Source of the DNA: Trichosphaerium sp. ATCC 40318
Taxonomy: Eukaryota > Protista > Tubulinea
Length of the DNA stretch: 64,000 nucleotides
NCBI GenBank assembly: GCA_038496445.1
Contig: JALMLS010000363.1
Location: 2,737-66,736, forward strand
Direction: 5' to 3'
This document shows positions 1 to 12,536 of this stretch, in pieces. A model generated the notes under the pieces. The model did no database searches. It was not told the DNA's origin and saw only the letters and a list, made by a program, of their open reading frames with translations. The position numbers and the translations under genes are program-made. Position 1 is the stretch's first letter; each line of letters begins with the position of its first letter.

Positions 1-2222
1 TTCGTTTATACACGTACTTCTGGACACTGCTTTGCAGGGTACTCAAAAACAGATCTAACAGCAGCATAACGCTCATACGAAAGTGTAAGCAAAGTCTCAA
101 CAAGTGAGACAGATAACCAGTTCTGAAGAATGACAGCAGTCTTAGGGGAAACATTGAGGTGAATATCCAACGAAACCAACTTGGTAGGGGAGCACTGGAG
201 GAGGTTGAATACTTCTGGAGGTGAATTTACGATCAACTTCAATAAGGATAGTTGGCCAGCAGTGTTCTTCCATATGTTGAAGAGCGCATCAGATGGAAAT
301 TGTTCCTTGAAGAATTACATTAATCACGGTTTCACCAATGTACAACCACCAAAAAAAAAATAAGATACCTTAGTGCCTCGGTAATACGCTGTCATGATGA
401 ACTTGAGGCCAGTCATATCGGTCAAAATAAATTCTGGGTAATCTAAACTACGCATGATCTTTGGCCACGAAACTTGTCCACACTAACACATCCACGCAGT
501 CAGTACACCGCAGACTGTAAAGTAAAAAAGCGTACCACATCATTAATGCCATCAGCAACGACATTAGGATTCCAAGACTTTGCACCTTCTGAGCCAAAGC
601 TGTCATACAAAGGCTTCGAGTTGTAGAGAGGTACTGAGGTTTTTGGATTGAGCGACATGACAGTACGTGCCATCATGCCAATCAATATTGCCAACTTCGT
701 CTCGTTAAGTGCGCCAAACTGCTGTAGTTGCTGCAATACATTCTTGAAAGCCTCTACAGATGCAGTAGCCTTGTATCCAAGATCCAATACAACCGCTGTG
801 AACGAGTACGATCTCTTGAGCGCTTGAATAAATTCTCTATTGGCTTCTGGCTATTTTACCGTCTTAGATCGGGCTAAAATGACATGTGTACGTACACTAT
901 TGACTTGTTGAACCAAGCCTGGATTAGTTGACGTTGAGGGCATAACTAAAGGTAAAAGTTCCGGCGGCATGTTCAATACTGGGCTTCCACCAGCAGCATC
1001 CGGTACCATATACCACTTTTTAATGTGTTCTGTGGCCACTCTATATTCGTCTTGAAAGCCTTTAAAAAAAAAACTTAGCCTAACACAAGCGCCAACAAGA
1101 ATGAGTGTTCCTCACCTGGTTCCGTCTTGAGGAAAGCCAAAAGGGAATGTATCATATTAGTAGACAGTTTATCACGACACTTGTCAATCTCTAAGACGCT
1201 TTTCTTGAGCGTAAACCGACCTAAAGGAAAGTAAGACACAGCGTCACAATAAAAATAATTTATTTAAATTGCGCACCAAGCTCCATTAATTTTTGATTGG
1301 ATGATTTCGCGAAACTGAGATGTAACAATACCACATGCGGTAGCGAGAGACCAAGATGCTGAGCAATGTCATTCAACTTCTCTTCAGTGAGGTGCATTGA
1401 CGGGGCATGTCCTGAACGATTCCTGTTCTAGACAAACATATTAATGGATCACAAACCAACCAACCGACTTTTTTAGAATAGTAAACGGGGTTTTTAGCAA
1501 AGGAGAAATTATATTCGCTGTGGAAAACCCAGAAACAAGAAAAACAAGAATTGAAACTGGAATAAAGCGCAATTGCGTTCGTACGCTTGGGTTGGTGCCA
1601 GGGAAGGCCATTTCGAATGATTGGCAAACCATTGATACAAAATTCGGCATAGCGTACAGTTGGTTCATAAAAAGAGCGAGAACCTGATCGTTTAAGTTAA
1701 TAACAGTTGCAGTGTGGTCAAAAGAAAACGATTTTTTTTTTTTTTGTTCTTTGCAGAAATTTGAAACGTGGCGCCACCAACGCATCCAGTTATGTCGGCG
1801 TAGAGTAATTGTGAGGGTAAAACAATAAAATCGTTTCAACGATGCAAATACTCATTGCAAAAGATTCCGAGCGATGTGGGGTAATTGATATAGCAAGACA
1901 CTCATGTACCTGACTCCGTGCTTGATCTTTGCCAGACCTGTCCTTGAAGTCCACGAATGACAATAAGGTCCCAACAATGTAAACCAATGTATCATCTCCA
2001 TATTGTCGAACCAACTAAACGTGTTTGTGGGCGTTGATGCATCGTACTAGTTATCACACGCAGAAGGCGTTTAAACGCCATCCTGAGTGAAAGAACAGAA
2101 GCACGCACGTTGGTAAGCTCTACCGCGTATTGCTTCGCGTTGTTATTTGTCAACTCAGCTACATAGTGGCGAATTTGCGTCGCTACGATGTTTGATATGG
2201 TGTTGCCTGAGCTTCTAAACAT
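1..2222 (-). CDS. CNOT1: CCR4-NOT complex subunit 1, N-terminal part (multi-exon; runs off the window start)
   Basis: N-terminus MFRSSGNTISNIVATQIRHYVAELTNNN then LVRQYGDDTLVYIVGTLLSFVDFKD, PNFVSMVCQSFE, DLGYKATAS and VSWPKIMRSLDYPEFI, all matching NOT1 N-terminal motifs; GT-AG introns. Confidence 0.85.
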
Positions 2223-2505
2223 TTTTTATCTTGGGGTCGTATACGTTGTTAATTCTCACGACCACACTCTAGTAATGTATGCGCTTACCACGCGCACATC
2301 GGCTGTTGTTTAAACGCCTGCGAAATTGTTTTACAGCAACAATAAGTTTAACTGTTTAAGTCGACCCAAAAATTAATACAATACATTTACACAAGTGCCA
2401 TCCATAAATAATCGTCTTATTTACGGAGGTAATCAACTATCAGCCAAGTAATTTGCGGTGATACAAATAATCTTTTAAATTGGATGGTGCACGCTATTGT
2501 TGGTT

Positions 2506-5078
2506 ATGAGTGAATCAGATTTACCCGTTGTAACAACACCGCCGATGCGCCCTCGTAGCGACAAATGGCAGCGCGGACGAACGCGGGACTTTATTTATAA
2601 CACCAGCAGACCCACTGAGCCGAATGCAAGGTATTTGCGTATTATTGTTTATTTGTATTTTCCTAACACGCTGTCAGACCCACTAGAGTGCGTGGTGAGA
2701 GTATTGGCATTGCAAGGAGAGACAGCGCGAGCGCCAGACCGCACGTTAGCGAAAGCATACCAATCGACTCTAGTAGAACGCGCATTCGTTCCTCTGTTGT
2801 GACAGCAACCAGTCCCCCTCAACGAAGAGGTGTTATGTCAATCCCACCACTATCGGTATACATTTGGCATCTTTGCCAAAACGCAGTTATTTACCTTTTT
2901 TAGCATGCCAACTCAGCCGCGTTTTTATTGCGCTCACCGCCGCCTCTCAGATTTGCTAGCCCAAAACTGGCTAGGTATGTCAAATGACGTGAAAAAAAAA
3001 AATTAGTCGGTAGAACATGTCAATAACAGCTTGTATTAGATCCCAAGGAGCAATTCAAATGTCACCTCAACGCGCGAAAACCAAATCAGCTCCTATTAGC
3101 GTCACTGGTAGTGTAAAAGAAGGCTACACTATTTCATATTTTGGTCAAGAACCGAGAATGGCTGTCAGTGGCCCAGAAGAGACAATGTCGCCATTGTTGA
3201 AGAAGAAGCAAAACAATAAGCTGATGCAACAGGTACTAAAAAAAAAACTGCGGAGGGTTCTAGTTGTTAGCTGCTGGGTTAATCTTGTTTTTTTTTATTT
3301 CCTGTTTTTACATTTGGGCAAATGACACGTCTACACAATTACCATGAGATTGACGTGTAATTGTACGCAGGTTGAAAAATATTTGGGTGTGTTGAAGGGT
3401 AGACTGTCTATTAAGTTCCAAGACAAGAACGATCTGATTCAAGAGCTGACAACGCTTCGTGAGGAGAACAAGAATATACTGCTTGAACTCTCGAACCGTG
3501 CGAATAGAACTCTTATAATGAGGTGAGTCGTGCATGCATCTGCTACAGAACTCCTCATTGATGATTGTGCATTAGATATCGTGATTTGGCAAAAGTAAAA
3601 CAATTGCGTGCTGAAAGTCGTGTAAGGTCAGTTTCGTCACGTCACAATTTTGTAGCAGTAGGCGCTTATTAGCTTTCTAGATTAGCAGAAGCATCTATTG
3701 AAGCTATTTCATCTAAAGTTGCGAATGTGAATGCAATCATCACTGCTTGGCGTAGCGGCAAACCAAAACCTAACATTCAAATATATCCGCATTTTTATGT
3801 CAGTGTAAAGGGTAACGTGATATACTTGTTATGATAAGCTAATATTTTTATGCATAGATATATGCAAGAAGCATGATGAGTATAGAAAAGCGCATTACTC
3901 TCTGAGGGTACGTGAATAAGGTGATGATTACAAACTTGAATTTCTGACTTTTTGGTTGCTCTGTTTAGTGCCTGAATATACAAGTCAAATTAGTACACAG
4001 ACAGTACGTACTTGTTGCCGCTCGCGTAACACCTATGCGATCACAAAGGACGCGAAGCAAAGTGTTAAAGAGCATACTGGCCGCATCACCACCCATGTCA
4101 GAGAGTAGACCTCATTGTCCAGAGGCCTACAATCTACAAATGGACTTTGATCAGTTCATATTTGATAGTGCTTATCCTGAAGGCATGTGTTTTATCGTGT
4201 AACGTTATTTTTAGTTGCTAAGATTGTTGTAGGAAAGCAACTTAAATTCCTTTTTGGGCAACTTGAGACGAGTATAGCGTCTGTTCAACCACAAGAGATA
4301 ATATCATTCCTTGAAGGCATGGTTAACACGATAATTTCAGGTAAAACTACATGAGCTCTCGTTTGATGTTTTTTAACCTTTGTTAGATCACTCCATCGCT
4401 ACAGAAGAGTTTGAGCGTGTTTATCTTTATCTCGAACGCTCAGTATTTCCTAAAATTCAGAACCAACTATTGAAAATAACGTGCATTGATACTGTAGACT
4501 TTGATGAGCACAATGAGATGTTTTTGCAAGGTTTGAGATTAATGTCAGTCCATTTCCACTACTTACTTTGTACAGGTCAAGCTCACTTACGAGCGCAACC
4601 CGTTAGTTCATATGGTATACCTTCTGTACTTGAAAATCCTCCAGAGCTTTTCGCCTCAGCGATTGATACGTTATCCTATTTATCCTATCAGACAGTGCGT
4701 AACAAAACATTATTTATTTCAAAAGGAACTAATTTTATTCATCTCAGTGCCCTTGTGATATTGCGTACGTAATGGCAGATGCTTTGGATAAGATAGCAAC
4801 AGTGGCTCAAGACAAAGAAGGACCCCTAGGTACGCCGAATAAAAAAATGAACAATTTGTAGCTACAAATGTCTAACTTTGCGATTAGGTGCTGATGTACT
4901 ATTTCCTATTGTTCTATTTTGTTTGACACAATCAGAGACTTTGTGCCTTCAAGAGACTTTATTTATTGTCAAGAATTTTTCGAGCTCAGCTGAATGCCGT
5001 GGTCCTCTGGGATACAGTGTAGCGACAGTTGATGCTGCAGCTTCCCATATAAAAGTTGCCCTAGACGAGGCTACGTAA
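2506..5078 (+). CDS. VPS9-domain protein (Rab5-family GEF) with coiled-coil N-terminus, multi-exon
   Basis: C-terminal GADVLFPIVLFCL and GPLGYSVATVDAAASHI match the VPS9 GADxLxP and GY motifs; start position uncertain. Confidence 0.75.
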
Positions 5079-5746
5079 TGGCAGAATTGTAACAGCTAGG
5101 GTGGACCTGTTTATTGGGTTTTACTTGGTTTTTAACATCAACCAACGTGGGAGCTGCTTAGCAAGAAGAGCAACACCCTGTATGATGCGCCTCAAAAGGT
5201 GCAGCGTGTCGGAAACTTGTCAAAACGAGTAGCATTGATATCGTTCAACGCGGAGAAGAGAAGTCAGCACAGTTAAGAGATATTTGTTGATGGAGTGCAG
5301 ATTATGAGATGAATAAAAATATTATTGGGCACTATCTACGCGTTGTCTTATTTGCTGTGCAGTTCTTGCTGTATTTATATGTGACTAAAGTGATGTCTCG
5401 TATTTAACAATAATTTGTAGAATGACCCAAGATATGTTGCACTTAATAAAAGCTCTGATAGCTTCAAGCAAGTATTGTACAGGGCAGGTGAGTGATGTAA
5501 GCCACCTACTGCTATAACTTCGGAGAATGAAGAAGACTGCAACGGACAACTCCAAAGGTATTGGAGGTCTACAAAACAACTGTGACACCGATTTTAAGAC
5601 TGAAAACTTGAATACTACTTTTCCATTGATGGTCTTTACAAAAGTGCTTTGTCTTGGACCAGAATCTGTAACGTGTCCGTGCTCTTAAGAAACATATTGA
5701 CTTTCGGTTATCTCTTGTACCGTTATTTAACCCTGTTCAACTAAAT

Positions 5747-8098
5747 ATGTCGAACGGTTCGAACAAGATTGAGCTCCCACTGGTACATGATGAGCTCTTG
5801 TCTTCTGACATGGAGGTTCTATCGTTCTCTTCAGAAGATGTTTCAACGCATAGTGGTTTCTCCCTGTACCTTGATGTGCCCTCTTCCGACGAGGAAGCAG
5901 ATCCGGTATCTAACGATACATATAGCGCTCTGAAAGCATTACAATGCGAAGGTGTGCTCTACAAAATATACCCTTGAATTTACCTTTTGGGCGTTACTCA
6001 TTGCCTAAAGCTCACCTTTACACAGCCGATGTAACTGAAGCTGCCGAGCTACGCAAAACAGTTTGTGAGCAACTTGAACATGTGTTTGCTCAGCTTCAAC
6101 AATATAAACTGGACCCCGAAGACCCACAAAATACATTAGCATGGTTTGGCTACGATTTCTACTTGAGAATTTACTCACTTAATTGTTGTAGGGTGGTGAA
6201 CCTAAATAAGTTTGCGCAGTCCTTGCATACTACTGATTAGTTGCCCAGCGCATCGGCTGATACTGCCCAATAAATGTCCTTTGTGTAACCTTTGACACAT
6301 TCATATTGAGTCCTGATTGTCCGTTGTCGTGCCATTTCTATAATTTTCTTAGGAGTCTTAGGAAACCAACTTACGACAACAACTGTTAAGTGAATTTCAG
6401 TACAAAAACCAAATAGTATGCTCCCACAAACTGAAAATTGGGATGAAAACCATTTGTAACACAGTATTGCGTAATACAGGGCATGCTCTGTGGGTATTTG
6501 CGCTGCTTCTGCTTATTTATTTTACAATAACAACGAAAAGCTTTGTTTTGGCTCTCATTACGTGTTTATATGCGATTGCGCTGGTAAAAAACGTATTTAG
6601 CCAAAAGGTACACAATCTTATTTACACAACACCAATACGCGTAGAAACGCACTCCCACGTTCAAAAAACCCCGTGTGATAGTACTTGGAGCCGGTTTTGC
6701 CGGTCTCACTGTGGCTAACGCCTTAAACAAGGTAAAATATGTTTAAATACATAATTCATCGTATTGTAGAACATTTTTGAGGTCATTGTAATTGACAAAC
6801 GTCAGCATTTTGAATTTACACCAAGTGTTCTCCGTGTGAGTGTATATCCATCAATGGCATCGAGATTGCAGGTACATTCATAGCTTTCTGAGCACGTGAC
6901 TTACGTTTGTTTTTTTTTTAGGTGCCTTTTTCAAAGTTTCTGCAATGTCAATACATTCAATCTGGCGTGGCATCAATGGATCAGTCACGAGTTATCTTAG
7001 ACAATGGAGATACAATTTGTTACGATTATGCCGTGATAGCAACTGGCTCGAGCTACAGTACAGAAGGTATACAGATACATGTACCACCTCTGGTTTCTGA
7101 TGGTTTTTCTTCAGGGTGCATGGAACATCTCGTCTCACCACAAACAGGAACGAGTTTGGCGCAACAAGCTAATATGCTACGATCAGCTAGATCAGTATTG
7201 ATAGTAGGAGGTGCGTTAGAAATGAGGTGACATCAAAAAGTGTAACTCATACAAAAGGTGGCATTGTTGGCGTAGAACTTGCTGCAGAGATTGTGACTGC
7301 GATGCCTGATAAAGACGTCTCCATTGTTCATAGTCACTCAAAATTGATGCCACGCATCCCTGAAAGAGCCTCAACATACGCAGAATCCTTTCTACGTCGG
7401 CACAGTACGCTAAAAAATGATGAAACCAAAAGCTAACTTAAGCCAGATGTTAAGCTCTACTTGGACCAAAAAGTCGTCAAAGCAGATAACACTACGTTCC
7501 ATACCAACACTGGTGCAGTCATTGATTGTGATATCGCCTTTGGTTGCGCTGTAAAAAAGCCATGTTCAGAATTTATTCATCTTGCAGGCACTATTCCATC
7601 TTCTAGTTCCTCTAAATAAACGTTTGACAATGTCTAGGTGCTAAGGACGCGCGAGGGTATGTATGTGTGAATTCTTTCCTGCAAGTTGCTGGCACACAAA
7701 AAAATGTGTTTGCGTGTGGTGATATTGCGTCCATCGAAGAGGAGAAGCTGGCACAATCCGCTGAAATTCAAGGGCACGTAGTCGCATCCAATATAACGTA
7801 CGTGCCCAGAACTTGTAGCGTACCTAATTAGACGGATAGGGCCTTGCAAGAAGAGCTCCCTGAGTCAATGAAAACTTACAACGCTGTTGATCGGATTGTC
7901 GTTATTTCTCTCGGGATGTTTGATGGTACGCTCGTATGGGGCGATTTTATTCTGCAAGGAACTGTGTTGCGTCTTATCTCAGTAATTTTAAAGCCTTTGA
8001 TTGAAATCAAAACACTCATGCCGCTGTGGGGGCGCTGTGCCGTACGTTGGGCATTTTGTTGTAATGGCACACGCGTAGAAAAGGAAGTTGAAGTGTGA
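5747..8098 (+). CDS. AIF/AMID (FSP1)-like FAD/NAD(P)H oxidoreductase with N-terminal extension and hydrophobic segment
   Basis: VIVLGAGFAGL FAD motif at ~6674, YDYAVIATGS, VLIVGGG/GVELAAEI and FACGDIA motifs; joining of the 5747-6600 exons is inferred. Confidence 0.75.
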
Positions 8099-8468
8099 AC
8101 TTGATCCGGGAAAACAAATTGTACAAAATAAAAGTGTAGTGTAACAATAGAAAGTTGTCTATTTCCATGTGAGTTTCACGTGTAAAAACGGGTCGATTTA
8201 TTTACTGTTTCTCGCGCTAGCAGTAACAAAAGTTTTTTTTACCGCAATTGATTAGGAACGCCTACCAATCTACCACAAACGCATATAAAGTACCACACAA
8301 CCACAATGGGTATTTTTAACTAAATCTCCGTGGGGTCACTTCCTTTTGCGAAAGACGCATTGTAAAACTAAACAACACGCGTAGAAGAGAACGCTAAGAA
8401 GGCTAAAACAGTATTAAGTTTTTTCTGTTCTCACAATCGCTTAAATCTACCATTCTTCTACACTCACT

Positions 8469-9627
8469 ATGACTGACGTAGCAGCATACAAAAAAGCATA
8501 CACTGCCCTTCGCGCTTTGGTAAAGGGTTCGTAGTAAAAAGGAGAAAATTGAGTTCAAGTATTAATTTTCTTTTAGCCAAAGGATGTGGTCCAATCCTCG
8601 TACGTTTGGCTTGGCATGACGCCGGCACTTTCTGTAAGAATTCTGGAACAGGTGGTGCTAATGCTACTATGCGCCATGCTCCTGAAGCTGGCCACGGTTG
8701 TAACAATGGGTACGCGAAGCAACAACTTTATCCTAGTGACTGCTAACGCGCCACAGTCTTAACATTGCTCGTGATCTACTAGCTGAGCTTAAGAAAGAAT
8801 ACCCAACCATCACATGTACGCTCCCTATCCATTTGAAAGCAACTAAAACCTACTAGTGGCTGACTTCTGGCAACTCGCTGCTGTCGCCGCTGTTGCTGAG
8901 ATGGGCGGCCCTAACGTCGTTTTCAGACCTGGTAGAAGTGATCAACCAGTACGTATTTTAAATTCCAAAAAGAAAAAATAAATTACGAACTCGGCTTGTT
9001 ACGCCGTAATACGATCGTAAATACCTCGTACAGTACCATACTAATGCGTTCTTGCAGGAAGACAAGTGCACACCTGACGGTCGCTTGCCTGACGGCGATA
9101 AGGGTGCTGACCACATTCGCTGCATCTTCGGTAGAATGGGATTTGACGACAAAGATATGGTAGCCCTCTCTGGCGCCCACACTTTGGGGTACGATTTTTT
9201 TTTTTTTTTTGTTTTTTTTCATCACTTTTTGGTAAATTTGCTCATCTTTTACTTAGTCGTTGTAACGCCGACCGTTCCGGTTTCGTTGGACCATGGACCG
9301 CTGAACCACTCAAGTTCGACAACAGCTACTTCACCTCTCTATTTGATGAGACATGGGTAAAAAATGAGTCAGCAAAACAATTGCAATACAAAGATTCTAC
9401 TGGAAAGTTGATGATGCTCGAGACCGATTTGGCACTCACCAAGGACCCTAAATTCAAGGTCTTTGCTGAGAAATACGCCAAGAGCCAAGCTGATTTCTTC
9501 GCTGACTTTGCTGTTGCTTTCCAAAAATTGCAAGAGCTCGGTAACGCTAAGGTACACAACAACATTTTTTTTTATACGTGAACTAACTGTTTGTGCTTTT
9601 TAGCTCGGAGAACCTATTGCTTTTTAA
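8469..9627 (+). CDS. Class I heme peroxidase (cytosolic ascorbate peroxidase / cytochrome c peroxidase-like)
   Basis: [14 protein letters not shown] (distal R/W/H), [18 protein letters not shown] (proximal His), [27 protein letters not shown]. Confidence 0.93.
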
Positions 9628-9925
9628 AAAAGTATCCAGATCTTTTGCATTGAGACAATAAAGCCCTTTATTATTTTTGCCCAAACCCTGTCGTTTATTC
9701 TTTCGTACTCACGTGATCGCGCGGTAAATAGCCTTTTTTCAACACCAACTTTTTGAGGAACAATATTAATTAATTCTCTAAGTACCCCTTATTAACCACC
9801 TGAGTCCAAATGTCGCTTTTTTGAACTATGTATCTTCATTCTAGATTTTTATCGGGTTTGTAAATCCGCAATAACCGGACTTAACCCCACGTGGCTTGCC
9901 GGTTTGTGCACAATTACCTAACACA

Positions 9926-12346
9926 ATGGAGGAGTGCAACAGACCTAAACTAGGTCCGTACATATTGTATGCAGAGCATACGCTAGGCAAAGGTATGTTG
10001 CGGTATATACTGCCCCGTTGTAACCAATTTAAACTTTTTTTTTTTATGCCTAAAAAAAACCCCATCACGTTTTGTGCGTATGGCCCGCATCTCTCATCTA
10101 TGATGGTAGGGATGGTTGGAACAGTCAAACTAGGTGTACATGCTAAGAGCAGGACCAAAGTAGCTATAAAGATAATAGCAAAGGACAGCGTGGCAGACGC
10201 AAAGCTCCTTCAAAAGTTAGAGAGAGAAATAGCTGTTATGAAACTACTTCGCCATGGCAATGTTTTACGACTTTACGACGTATACGAGAGTTCAGCATTC
10301 TTGTACGTTTATGCAGTCCTGCATCTTACTTTTGTTTTCGGTAAAAACTGCAACTTCTGCAGGTCTTTTTTTTTTTGAAAGCTACAAAAACCTTTCCACT
10401 TCGCTTTTTAGCGCACGTGATTTTTTTTTTATGAGTTTTTGGCTACCTTTGGCACTTTCACTATTTTATTCATGTATTGAAGAGTGTATTGAGAGGCAGT
10501 GTATTTGTGAATACGGGCTTTTTTAGTTGATTAAAATTTGCTACTTAGGTTTTTGATTATGGAGTTTATGGAAGGTGGCGAGTTGTTTAATCACCTCGTT
10601 GATACAGGCGTACTGGAAATGGCTCAAGCGCGTAAATACATGCAAGATATACTACAAGGTCTAGAGTACTGCCATCGGTACCGTATATGTCACAGGTACA
10701 ACATCGCACTGTAGTGATTTAAAACAACGCACTTTTTTAATTTTTTTAATGACCCCAACTAATGTCTTTGTTTTAAAAAGAGATCTAAAGCCCGAAAATG
10801 TAAGTGTTATTTGGAAGTAGTTACTTTTTTGCCTTTTTATAAAGTGACTCTGTTATTCAGATATTGCTTTCTAAGGATAAAAGAACACTAAAACTCGCTG
10901 ATTTTGGTATGGCTAACCTCATGGGTGACAGCAATCTTTTAAAATCTTCTTGTGGTACTGTTGTTTGAAACAATCAATAAATTGTGCGCCCTTATAATTT
11001 TTTTATAGGCTCACCTCATTATGTCGCGCCTGAGGTATTATTGGGTAAAGGATATAATGGATATGCCTCTGATGTATGGTCTTGTGGCGTTATTCTGTTC
11101 GCTTTAGTTACGGTACACATTTTAGGCGCCTGCTAAGAAAGTTAATTAAACACAAAACAGACTCCTGTCTTTTCTTTTTTTGTTTGCTGAACACGTGGTG
11201 GAAACGTGAATGAATATCTATGTATACAGTTGTTTGTATCTGTGGTTAAATGTGCTTATAGGGTAGACTACCTTTTGACGATCCAAACATTCGCGTACTG
11301 CTAAACAAGGTGATGGAAGGTTAGTTCCAGAAGCAAGTCGCTCTGTTTTCTAACACAACTGCCCTTTAGCTCATTTTACGATACCGTCGTTCGTGCCTAA
11401 TGACTGCAGGGATCTCATAAAACGTATGCTTACTGTAGATCCGGAAAAACGTATCACAATTGCAGAGATTAAAGTAAGCAAAAAACTAGCGTACCGTTTT
11501 TCCCGTATTAATATTTTAAAGGAGCACCCTTGGTTTGCCTCGCATGGCACTAAGTGGGTATCTTCAGACGATGCAGTACCCCTATCATCTTTACAAGAGC
11601 CAATAGATTTATCAGAGTGTAATGAACTTGTACTACAACAGATGGCTACGTTGGGATACCCACGAGACAAGTACTTATTTACAACGCTTACAGAATCGAA
11701 AGAGAATTTTCAAAAAATGTTGTATCACTTGATAGAAAACTGGCAACGGGAATCTTCCGAACACGTGCCCAAGATGCCTACTAGATCGCAATCTCCTTTT
11801 TCAATAAGTGCTCCATCTATTCCTCTTGGTAGACTAGAGAGACGACGACGTTCTTCCTATGCACGTCGTCGCACACGTGATAAAGTATGTAAAACGCTAT
11901 TTTTGGATCCTTTTTTGTCAATTGTATTCTAACTCTTTTTTTAGACGCCACCTACTAGTCCTTCGCGGAGCCCTCGAAGTAAGAGGAGGCATAAATCTAG
12001 TTCTAGAAATAGAGGGAGAGCAGGATCACTTCCAGAACTATTTGAAGAAACTGAACCAGTGTTGGTTACAGCACAATTGAAGAAGTACTTACATTTGGGA
12101 ACACCGATTGGTGATCTTGAACCGCTAAATCAGCAACTATATTTGAACCCAAAACGGTCTTGGTTCTCTTCTCATATGCGATCTCAGAGCCCAGCAAGAT
12201 CTAGAGCCTCACCAACAAAGGTTAGAACACGGAGTCCAACCAGACGGTCAAGCGCGGGCACAAGTCCCAAGCGAACTGATAGCCCAAAACGTAAACGAAA
12301 AGGCAAGAGTCTTAGTCGGTTATTCGATAAGTTCAAAGGACGTTGA
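9926..12346 (+). CDS. CAMK-group Ser/Thr kinase, BRSK/SAD/Nim1-like
   Basis: [60 protein letters not shown]; S/R-rich tail. Confidence 0.9.
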
Positions 12347-12536
12347 ATGGAAACCTATTGATTAGTTTTTTTACAACGGCCTGTTTTTGGCCTACCATGT
12401 GTACAATAATAATAATAAAAAAACTCATAAAGTATTGCAGCACTTGCAAGTTGCCTTACTTATCATCTACCAAACTTAACTTGCCTGAAAAAAAAAACCC
12501 TTAAAATCACATTCGGCACAGGCTTCTTGCTCCGCA

